Shown here piece after piece: positions 1 through 9,400 of a DNA stretch of 64,000 nt. Under the pieces are notes generated by a model that worked only from the letters and a program-made list of their open reading frames with translations, searched no databases and was not told the origin of the DNA. The position numbers and the translations under genes are program-made. Numbering within the stretch: position 1 is the stretch's first letter; each line of letters starts with the position of its first letter. The stretch is taken from NCBI GenBank assembly GCA_964543385.1, contig CAZIYE010000001.1:486755-550754 (forward strand), given 5' to 3'. The stretch is from an uncultured Candidatus Saccharibacteria bacterium. GTDB lineage: Bacteria > Patescibacteriota > UBA1384 > XYA2-FULL-43-10 > 1-14-0-10-43-13.

Positions 1-623
1 TCATCCTAACATCTGATAGAACACCTAAGGAAATTAAAGGACTGGAAGTAAGATTAAAAACCAGATTTGAAGGTGGTATGGTCACTGATATTGGACATCC
101 AGATCTAGAAACAAGAGAGGCTATACTCAGACAAAAAGCATTAAAAATGAATAAAAGTATCGAGGGAGATGTCCTAACATTTATTGCAGAACGGGTAAAA
201 TCTTCCATCCGAGAATTAGAGGGCTCGTTGAACAAAATTATTGCCACTTGTGAACTCACAGGAGCCACACTAAGCAAAGAGAAGGCTGCGGAGATACTAT
301 CAAGTATTATCGAAGAAAAACAACAGTTTATAACCCCAGAATTAGTCATAAGAGAAGTACATAAATATTATAGAATACCGATAGAAGAATTATTAGGTAA
401 AAAGAGAACCAAGGATTTAGTCATGCCAAGACAAATTACCATGTATCTATTGAGACATGAATGTAGTTTGTCATACCCTGAGATAGGAAGGAAAATGGGG
501 GGCAAAGATCATTCAACTATTATGCATGGATGCGAAAAGATAGAAAAAACCCTTTTTACAGATAATAAAATGAAAGAAAGTTTAGTGATTATTAAAGATC
601 ATATTTTCTCTGTATACAATTAA
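1..623 (+). CDS. dnaA: Chromosomal replication initiator DnaA, 5'-truncated by the window edge (AAA+ C-terminal part plus domain IV HTH)
   Basis: The frame is open from nt 3 upstream of the listed ORF (ILTSDRTPKEIKGLEVRLKTRFEGGMVTDIGHPDLETREAILRQKA...). This matches the conserved DnaA sensor-II/domain IV region (R..L..RF..G....I..PDlEtR.aILrkKa; C-terminal HTH 'MPRQITMYLLR...S.PEIGRKMGGKDHSTIMH'). dnaN and recF follow in the canonical order. Confidence 0.95.
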   Translation, partial: ILTSDRTPKEIKGLEVRLKTRFEGGMVTDIGHPDLETREAILRQKALKMNKSIEGDVLTFIAERVKSSIRELEGSLNKIIATCELTGATLSKEKAAEILSSIIEEKQQFITPELVIREVHKYYRIPIEELLGKKRTKDLVMPRQITMYLLRHECSLSYPEIGRKMGGKDHSTIMHGCEKIEKTLFTDNKMKESLVIIKDHIFSVYN

Positions 624-999
624 ATATTTGCTATATAAATAAATAGTTAATATAGATATTAGTAGTAATAAGGGCTGTGGATAGTGTTGATAAGTAAAAA
701 AAAGATTGCCAGGAGACAATAATTAGTAAAAAGTTATGTGGAAAAACCTGTACACTTGATTGCCTATAACTTGTTGATAACAAAATATAATTACTAAATA
801 CTGGAAAATCTTAAAAATTATAAACAGTTTTATGCAACTTATAAACAAAGAAAAACTTAAAATTACCATTAATCCACAGATAAAAATTGTGTAATAAAAA
901 AGATAGTCTGGCAAATGATTAATTAAAAGGTAAATATTATAATAATCCACAACTTGTAAGAATCCTGTGGAAAAGATCATTAAATTAGAAAGGATAATA
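624..999. promoter_or_regulatory. Predicted oriC, the dnaA-dnaN intergenic region, with clustered DnaA-box-like 9-mers and an AT-rich unwinding element
   Basis: The spacer is 376 bp and >75% AT. DnaA-box-like 9-mers lie at 676-684 (TGTGGATAG), 737-745 (TGTGGAAAA) and 966-974 (TGTGGAAAA), with reverse-orientation boxes at 870-878 and 943-951 (TAATCCACA). Each has at most one mismatch to TTATCCACA/TGTGGATAA. AT-rich tracts such as 'ctatataaataaatagttaatatagatatt' (630-660) resemble a DUE. Confidence 0.6.
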
Positions 1000-2109
1000 A
1001 TGAAGATTACAATCTTACAATCAAATTTCTCAAAAGCGCTGTCACAGATTTCCAGGGTAGTGGGGAATAGAACTACTCTACCTGTTTTGAGTAATGCTCT
1101 TATCGTGGCAGAAAAAGGAGGAATCAAGATTTCCGCGACCGATCTAGAGGTTGGAATTACTACACATACAACGGGCAAAATTGAAGCAGAAGGAAAAATC
1201 ACTCTTCCTGCAAGAATATTGTCTGACTTTATTAATAATAATAAAGATCAATCCATTTCAATCACTACTAGCGGAAACATAGCTACTTTAAAGTCAGAAA
1301 GGTTTGAAGCAGTAATACATGGAATTTCGGCCGAGGAATTTCCTACTGTTCCTGAGTCACAGGATGCCCCCTTCATCTCTATCGAGAAAGAAATATTTTT
1401 AAGCGCCTTAAAAAAAGTTATAATAGCTCCCGCTCTTGATGAAACTAGACCTGTTCTAGCTGGCTTGTTCTTCTCTTTTAGTAATAAGGAATTGATTTTA
1501 GCAGCAACTGATTCTTATCGGCTTGCTGAGAGCAAAATAAAACTTCAGAAACCAATTGAGGTCAAAAAAGTTATTGTTCCAACCAGAACCATGAATGAGG
1601 TAGCTAGAATATTAGGCAATAGCGATACTGCTAAAGAGGTATTGTTATATTTAACAGAGAACCAAATATCATTTAAGATAGGTGATACACAGATAGTCTC
1701 TAGATTAATAGAGGGAGCATTCCCAAATTATACCCAAATTATTCCATCGTCTTCTAAAATAAAAGCTAAAACAGATTTGAGCGAAATGGTCTCGGCAGTA
1801 AAAATGTCAGCTCTTTTTGCTAAAGATTCCGCAAATAATAATATTCGTTTTACTATTAAAGATAAGATTTTTACTGTTTCCTCCACTGCAACACAGGCCG
1901 GTAGCGCAAAATCGACTATCAAGGCTGATATTGTCGGAGACGATCTCGAAATTGCTTTTAACGCTAAATATGTATTGGATGTTCTTGGTATTTTCCCTCA
2001 AGGTTCTATAACAATAGAATTCAATAATAATGCCTCTCCGTGCTTGGTTAAGACCGAAAAAGATGCAAACTTTATATATATCATTATGCCGTTAAAACTT
2101 GAGTCATAA
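1000..2109 (+). CDS. dnaN: DNA polymerase III beta sliding clamp
   Basis: MKITILQSNFSKALSQISRVVGNRTTLPVLSNALIVAEKGGIKISATDLEVGITT... is a classic DnaN N-terminus with the three-domain length (~370 aa). An RBS-like 'aaaggat' lies 6 nt upstream of the ATG at 1000. The upstream ATG at 967 in the ORF track would run into the oriC spacer. Confidence 0.95.
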   Translation: MKITILQSNFSKALSQISRVVGNRTTLPVLSNALIVAEKGGIKISATDLEVGITTHTTGKIEAEGKITLPARILSDFINNNKDQSISITTSGNIATLKSERFEAVIHGISAEEFPTVPESQDAPFISIEKEIFLSALKKVIIAPALDETRPVLAGLFFSFSNKELILAATDSYRLAESKIKLQKPIEVKKVIVPTRTMNEVARILGNSDTAKEVLLYLTENQISFKIGDTQIVSRLIEGAFPNYTQIIPSSSKIKAKTDLSEMVSAVKMSALFAKDSANNNIRFTIKDKIFTVSSTATQAGSAKSTIKADIVGDDLEIAFNAKYVLDVLGIFPQGSITIEFNNNASPCLVKTEKDANFIYIIMPLKLES

Positions 2110-2115
2110 CTCTAA

Positions 2116-3159
2116 ATGTTAAAAAATGTTATTTTAGAAAATTTCCGCAATCATTCTAAATATGAAATTGATTTAGGAAACACAACTATTTTGATAGGTC
2201 CAAATGGCATTGGTAAAAGTAATATATTAGAAGCCATTTCGGTTTTATCTTCTTGCCGTTCTTTTCGAGAGGAAGATAAAAAAAATCTAGTATCAAACGA
2301 AGAGGATTTCTGCCGTATAAGAGGTGATAATCTTGAAGTCTTTATACAAAAGAATCCCACGCTTTTGCTCAGAGCTAAAGAGAACGGAATATTTAAAAAA
2401 AAGTCATTATTCATAGGACTATTAAGAAGTGTTGTCTTTTCTCCCGAGACAATGTTATTGGCGACCGGTAGCCCAAGAACGAGAAGGCGATTTTTAGATT
2501 TGATGATATCTCAAAGAAATCAGGAATATCTTCGTGCCCTGATTTCTTACGAGAAAATTAGAGCACAACGCAACTCTCTTCTTCAGAGAATTAAAGAGAG
2601 GCAGGCTAGTGATAAAGAATTATCATTTTGGGATGATGGTTTAATTGCAGAAGGGACCACCATTATTAGGGAGAGAGAAGGGGCTGTTTCTCTTTTGAAC
2701 AGCCTTATCAGTGATATCTATGGTAATATTTCTGGTGTAAAAGACGACTCCTTATCAATTATATATCAGAAAAGTGAAGGATTTGAATATAACATTAGGG
2801 AATGTCATCAAAAAGAGATTTGGCAAGGCTGCACGCTTTTTGGTCCTCATCGTGATGATTTTATTATTAGTTTAAACGGATTGAACATAGCAAACTTTGC
2901 TTCGAGAGGTGAAATAAGAAGTGCAGTTCTAGCAATCAAAATTGCTGAGTTGGAATTTCTGAAGATAGGAAATAATAGCTCCCCAATTTTGCTTCTAGAT
3001 GATGTATATTCGGAATTTGATGAAGAACGAAGAGAACATCTTAACCAGATAGTAAAAAACTACCAAAGTGTTGTTACTACAACTGATATGAGTCATTTAT
3101 CTAAACAATTATTAGACAATGCTAAGATAGTAGAAATGAGTAAAAGTGGAAAAAATTGA
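2116..3159 (+). CDS. recF: DNA replication and repair protein RecF (SMC-like ATPase)
   Basis: The N-terminus MLKNVILENFRNHSKYEIDLGNTTILIGPNGIGKSNILEAISVL carries the Walker A GPNGIGKS. C-terminal 'LLLDDVYSEFDEERR' is the Walker B/D-loop. Its position after dnaN is canonical. Confidence 0.9.
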   Translation: MLKNVILENFRNHSKYEIDLGNTTILIGPNGIGKSNILEAISVLSSCRSFREEDKKNLVSNEEDFCRIRGDNLEVFIQKNPTLLLRAKENGIFKKKSLFIGLLRSVVFSPETMLLATGSPRTRRRFLDLMISQRNQEYLRALISYEKIRAQRNSLLQRIKERQASDKELSFWDDGLIAEGTTIIREREGAVSLLNSLISDIYGNISGVKDDSLSIIYQKSEGFEYNIRECHQKEIWQGCTLFGPHRDDFIISLNGLNIANFASRGEIRSAVLAIKIAELEFLKIGNNSSPILLLDDVYSEFDEERREHLNQIVKNYQSVVTTTDMSHLSKQLLDNAKIVEMSKSGKN

Positions 3160-3421
3160 TAAAATACTAAGCAGTGTCTTAGCTAAAAAAGGGCTTGCTA
3201 AGGCCGCACAGGGCGCAATGGTGTGTTTTTATGCTAAGGAATGGGGAAAGGGACTATTTGAGCCTATTTCATTCCAAAATGGTACTTTGAAGATCTCCGT
3301 CTGTTCATCTCCTGCTGCTTCAGAAATTCACATAAAAGAAGCTGAGTTAATAGATTTCTTGAATAACAAACTATCAAAAAGATCAGTACGTTTCCTGAGA
3401 ATCGTAGTTAAGAATAGTTAA
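3146..3421 (+). CDS. DUF721/DciA-like small protein
   Basis: The gene is 91 aa, overlaps the recF stop by 14 nt, and sits where DUF721 (yaaA/DciA-family) genes follow recF in many bacteria. Its pattern '...LAKKGL..AAQGAMVCFYAKEWGKGL...ISFQNGTLKISVCSSPAASEI' resembles DUF721 members. The family assignment is from memory, not a search. Confidence 0.55.
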   Translation: MEKIDKILSSVLAKKGLAKAAQGAMVCFYAKEWGKGLFEPISFQNGTLKISVCSSPAASEIHIKEAELIDFLNNKLSKRSVRFLRIVVKNS

Positions 3422-3433
3422 GAGCTATCTGAG

Positions 3434-6400
3434 CTAGAATCCGATATGGGTCCAGGCAACTGTTTGAGGATTTTGCCATATGCCCATGCGGGTATCACTT
3501 TCACATCCGTTACCTTTTTTTGATCCACAAATACCACCGCATGAGATTGAGTCGTTTCCTAATCTGGGCTGGCACATATTCACCGTTATCATCCCTGCTT
3601 GATCAAAATAATCTACATCTTCTTTTCGGCCTGTCATAATCTGGATTGGATATATCGGCTCATTGTCAGTTGTATTATATTTCTCGTAATTTTGGATCCT
3701 CATCATATTTTCTATCAATTTTCTTGCCTTATTCTGAGAAGCCTCAACCATTTTCTTTTTGAGTAGTTCGTTTATGTTGTTATTTTGCTTGATTTGTCCG
3801 CCCCATACTCCCATACCAGTTGTATCATTTATCTTTGGCTGAGGAGCTTCAATCTTTGGATAATATCCATCAGCAGTACAGTAATAGTAAATTTTTTGAC
3901 CCAAAAGATATCCTGCCAAAGCTATAACTACTGCTGCTGTCCACCCCACCGGACCAAGACCAAGCAAAGGCGCGACCACGAGATTATAAACAGCCACAGT
4001 TATCAAAGGAGTCAGGGTGCCAGGGATCATTCCCAAGCTATCTTCTACTCCCGCGATTTGCTTGTCTAAAAGCTTTTCTACTGCAATTGATACAATTTTG
4101 TATACCACTAATGTTTCCGCAGCAGTAAAAGCTTGTTTTGCTGCATCTTTGGCTTCTGCTAAGTCAGAGATCTTATTTAATTCCATAAACTCTTTAGCGT
4201 TGCTCGACAGTTGAGCAATATCTTTCACTCTTGAAATCTCTTCATATATCTTCCAAGACTTATAAAGATCATAACCAAGTTTAAATATTTCAAGAGACTG
4301 TCCAGCTTTAAGGCCCAGTGTTTTATCTGCCCAAGTAAAAAGCTTTGTCGTAATAACAGTAGTTAATACCCCCCCCACAGTTGGCAGAGACATAGTTGAA
4401 CCATCAGCTACAATTGTATTATGTGTTGTGCTATCACCTTTAACAATGTTATCTAGAGTTATTGATTTCAAGCCCCAGTCGCCGGTACCGACACCGACAA
4501 GAAGTCCTTTGGCCAAATCTCCACTTATTGGGAAGCCAAACCATTCCTCGGAATTATCTGAGAGGAAGTTGCTGAAGAAATCAAATCCATTACCACTTGC
4601 AAACGTTGTAAAGGCATCTTTATCTCCGGCCACAAAATCCTTAGCAAATTTTGCTACCTGGATCCATTCGTCGACATTTTTAATTGCCTCAAAATTTTTG
4701 CCTAGTAAATGGCCATTTGTAAGGCCTGTTTTAATATATCTGGCAAGGGCAGCTGCCTTTATCTCAGCATTACCCTGAAGCAGGTCTCTGGCCATGCCTG
4801 GGTAAGAGTTCTCGTCTAATTTCCAAAGAGCAATATCGAGCATCTTGAATTGGAGATTATCCAAAGAAGCTTTTCTTATTGATTTCTGTACCGTTGTTAG
4901 TAATTCTCCATTTTTGGGAGTAAAGTTTGCACCGCTTGGTTGATAATAAGATTCTGGATTAGAAAGTCTGTCCAATCTGCCTTCTGGGTCTCCATTGTTT
5001 TTATTATATTCAGAAACACATTTATTATATTGGTCTCCACTCGCTTGGTTGGTCGATTTCTGGCAGGCCGCTGGAGCGGCTGCATTATTGCTCACAATGC
5101 TTGTATTTAACTCGTCGATCTTACTTTGCAAATTCTCCGGCGAATAATTATATTGTTCATCAACTTGATTAGTTACTGATGTTGAAGTCGATGTTTCAGT
5201 ATAATTTTTCCCCAGAGAATCGATCAAGGCATCACCGAAATTGCCGCTACCTGTTTTTGGGCAATTATCACCATTACATACCTTTCTTGTTTCCGGATTA
5301 CTGTAAATACCATTAACATCAACCCAAGCCGCCCTCTGATATGCTTCGACATCAGGCGCCCCTATTATAGAAGTTTTTATGTCATCATAGGCTATGCGCA
5401 TCTCTTGTGGAATTGCAGTCTTACACTCGTCGTCTCCATTTGCTGAGCAGTGACTTTTCCTTATATTGTCTATAGGAGCCATAACATAATTAACTCCTAG
5501 AGAAATCGCTGCAATTTGGAAATACTTCATATCCCCACTAACTAGATTAGCGATATCTTCCAAAGGCATATCAACGCCGACTCTTATCTCTTTATTATTG
5601 TAATTTGCCTTAACGTTATATATAAAATCGTGAATTTTATCACTCAATACTTCTTTACCCCATGCGACGATGTCCTCTTTAAACGATCCGTCAACATTTC
5701 CCGAAGGATTTTGGGAGATTGCGGCCTTGCAGATATTATATCGATCGTTGATCTCCTTGCTGAGGGTGGTTCTGGCCTGTTGGACTTCAGTGAGCGCAAC
5801 CTTTAAATCTTCCTGCCATTTTTTATATTCGCTAGAGTTAATATAATCATCCGTTTTTTGCCCATTCTTTGAAACAGGCTTCTGTTTTTCAAGTTCGGCA
5901 AGCTTGGCTTCTGCATTATGCAGACTAGTATCAAGCGGCGATACGGTAGGGTCCGAACTTGCTTCATTTAAACAGTCTTTTGTCTGTCCTGTCGGGCCAA
6001 AAGAAACATGAACAACGCGACTATACAATCCCGTAAAAGAAGCAGCTTTTGAAGAATCAAGCCCAAATTGGTAGTCTATTTTCTGCGCACCAATTTCCAT
6101 CAAAATAGTTCCTGAGTTCATTGGATCAGCAATAATTCTTTGGAAGGTTCCCTCAGGCAAGTTTGCTCTTTCATCAAGCTGAAAAGTGAATATCTGATTT
6201 AAATGATCATATAACTTATCCCACTTCCCATACCATTCGTCTGTTGCCGAACCAGTTCGACAAACTTTTTGTCCGTCGGTTTCGATTATTTTCCCCTGGC
6301 ACTTGAAAATATTATTTAAGTTCTTAACAAGAGTAAGAGCTGTCTCTGACTGATTTTGGTCTAAACCAAGGCTTTCTCCTATTTTGCTACCAACAAGTTT

Positions 6401-9400
6401 CAATCCTGTTTGTTCGCCAACTAGTTGATTGTATTTATCTGGAGTCATACTATTCAAGCCAGCCAAGAGGTCATAAGTAGAGTTTGAGCTTATACCAAAC
6501 TGTTTATCTAAATAATTCAACTGCTGATAAAACTCTATATTCCCAGAATTATTTTGTTGACTCTTGCCTGCAACAGCCAGTGCAGATTTCAGTCGATCTT
6601 TGATTTTTTGATCGATATTGTTAATTGCAGTAAGGGCCGGGCCATTTATAACCAACGATCCCCTTAAATGATTTTGAATTTGCCGTGCTTTGTATTCGGC
6701 GCCAGTATTTTTAATTTTCTTGGCATAGCTATCGCCAAAGATATCTACCAGGGATTTCTCATCAAAAATTTCTTCACCATTATCATCAGAGAGGGGAATG
6801 TTGAAAGATAGAGCGATATTGATAGCGCGGGACCTATCAAAGGCTTCACCGAATGTTGCCCCAAAGAATGTTCCTCTTGGAAGATTCAATGATTGCTCAA
6901 CTTTTGATTGTCCGAAGTTCGATACAAAATCACTAATTTTTTCGCCTTTTAGCGGGAAATAATCTAGGCCGATTAAGCTTCCAAGTATAGATCCGCCAAC
7001 TTGATTTAGAGTACAGTTTCTTGATATTTGGTCTTTTGCATTAAATACCGATAGGACGGTCCCGGGCTTTAAATTTAGCTCCTGATCGATATAGTTAGTA
7101 CTTATTCTGTATAACGATGTAAAATCACCGCCAAGGACATTGTAGAGGTCGTCGGGCCCAAATAATGATGGGTCAATGTTTAGGCCTGAAGCATCAAAAA
7201 TTTTATAGTTAATTACTTTTTCTGCAACTGCTCTACCAACTAATAGTTTGTAATTGGGAACTGGTAAATTTGTGCTGTCTTTGATAAACAATTTACTTAG
7301 AATCTTTTTATCAATATTATTTTTATTGCCTATAGCATCGATAAGTTGTTGGGTTTTTTCTTTATTATTTCCAAATGCATATTGTACATTTTTATCAGTG
7401 ATAAAAGACAACAGGTTATTTCTAATATCAGAGATTTGTGACTTATCACTCGCACTGTCTGCTAATCTTTGGGCTAATTCCTCCAATATATTGCCATATC
7501 TTTGGTCTTTGTTAATCAGTGAATATCGCTGGGCTTCTTCGGGGCTTTTGAAACAATGACGACCCTTCTTGTCGTAATAACAGAAGGAGTTATTCTCTAG
7601 GCTGGTTTCATTTATCGAGAATCCATCCTGTTTAGTATAAGAAACAGGGCATTGATTGCTATCAGATGCGGTATCAGCATAAGGGTTTACAAATACATAG
7701 TCTGGGTTTAATACATCGTCGTTATATTGATCAAGCTCGCTAGGTAAGATCTTGCCGCTTACTAATTTTGTATAAATATCAAGAACATTCTTGCTTATCT
7801 TTAGATTGTTCTCGAGCAAATTTTGTTCATCGCTAGACAGATTTACAGAGTAAAGATTCTTGTCCTTAGTAAATAGTGACTTCGTATCACCGTCTTCTAG
7901 GCCAAGAAGATTATCAATAGACAGGGCCTCTGAAAGTGCTTTTTGCCATGCCAAAACACCTCCAGATTTTAGTGCTTCGTAGTTTCCGCTACCAAGCCCT
8001 AATCGCATCATCAAGTCGCTTTCAGCAGATTTTAATGCATCGTTAAATCCTCTATCCTTAATATTTTGAACGATACTATCAGTATTAAAACTGTTTGCAT
8101 TTGTCTTGCTGCCAAATTGTTCAATTATTTTGTCTTGTTTTTGCTTCCAATTGTCTCTTGCTGAGGCAACCAATAAATCGTAATCAGGCCAGTTTTCAGC
8201 CTGCATCTGGCTCAAAACGTTTAATAATTTATTGCTACTATTAATACCCGTTATATCGGTAGGTAATTCCCCCAGCGGCGATTTGGCTTTATTCAATTTA
8301 CTTGCCAGGTAACTGTTTACTGCTTCATCAATCTTAGTTTTGTCTGCATACTTTAATAATTCTGAGGCATTTGTAGCAAAATCAGCCATTGTAGAGACCG
8401 AATTCTTTTCCTGAAAATAGAATGGTGGCATCGAAAAGACTTCCTCAATCTTAGCTTGGCCGATAGACTTGAAGAACGCGTCACTTCCCCCCATTCCTTT
8501 TTTCTCGAAATTCTCAACTAAATATAAGAGAGAGTTACTTGGTAAACCAAGCTTTGATTCTGCCATATTGGCACCAAATGAGATAAAAAGATCAGTCGGC
8601 GATACATTACCTGCCAAGAACCCAAATATTAGAGAGGAGGCCTTAAACGGCGAGATATTATTATTTCCTCCTCCGCTATCATTGCTAGTCAGATCCATAC
8701 TATTTATTTGAGAAAGTTTAAGGGAGTCCGAAGTTGGTATCTCTCGGCCGGATATGATTTCAGAAGATATCCTAAGGAGTTCGTTGGCATTAAAGATAAT
8801 AGAATTCAGTTCATCAATCTTGTTATTTGCCTCTGCCTTGGCGGTGGTGAAGTTCTTAATTGAATCTAGCTGGGTGACTATAGAGTCAATCTGGCTTGTT
8901 GCAGAACTCATTTTCTCCCACGTATTTTGTATTTTTATTGTATTTGCATCACTAGATTCAAAAACATTTTTGAGATTACTAATTAAATCATTAATTTCAG
9001 TATATGTATTCTCGAAACCTGAATCCTTGCTTGCAAAGATTTTCCAATCACCCTTAATATCAGCCAATAATTTTTGTGCCTGATTCAATCTTGATGTATA
9101 AAATGCGATAGTACTGTTGCTAATTCTTAATTCTGGATTCGTGTTTAATAAATCTATTTTGGTTTTGTCTTCTTTGTTGATTAATTTGTTTGCAACACCT
9201 GTATATAAAATTTGTGAACCGATCCTCTTGAAGACGGGGCTATTATTAGCTGTAGAACAACCAAAGATCCTTTGCAGGTCAAGTTTCTCGAGCCCAGCTA
9301 GCATGGACTTTTCTTCTGTCACAATAAAATCATCAGTTCGTGTTTCCACATTTTGGTCAGAGTATACTAGTGAATACTCAACTTTTTGTGTTATTGGAAT

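Noticed and set aside
723-1202. 159-aa minus-strand ORF spanning the dnaA-dnaN spacer and the dnaN start
   Set aside because: It lies antisense over the oriC-like AT-rich spacer and the 5' end of dnaN. Its peptide is hydrophobic and low-complexity, typical of AT-rich random frames. The canonical dnaA-oriC-dnaN context explains the region.
1728-2011. Three 64-aa ORFs overlapping dnaN on both strands
   Set aside because: They are embedded in a well-supported dnaN coding frame, with no start context and a hydrophobic junk composition.
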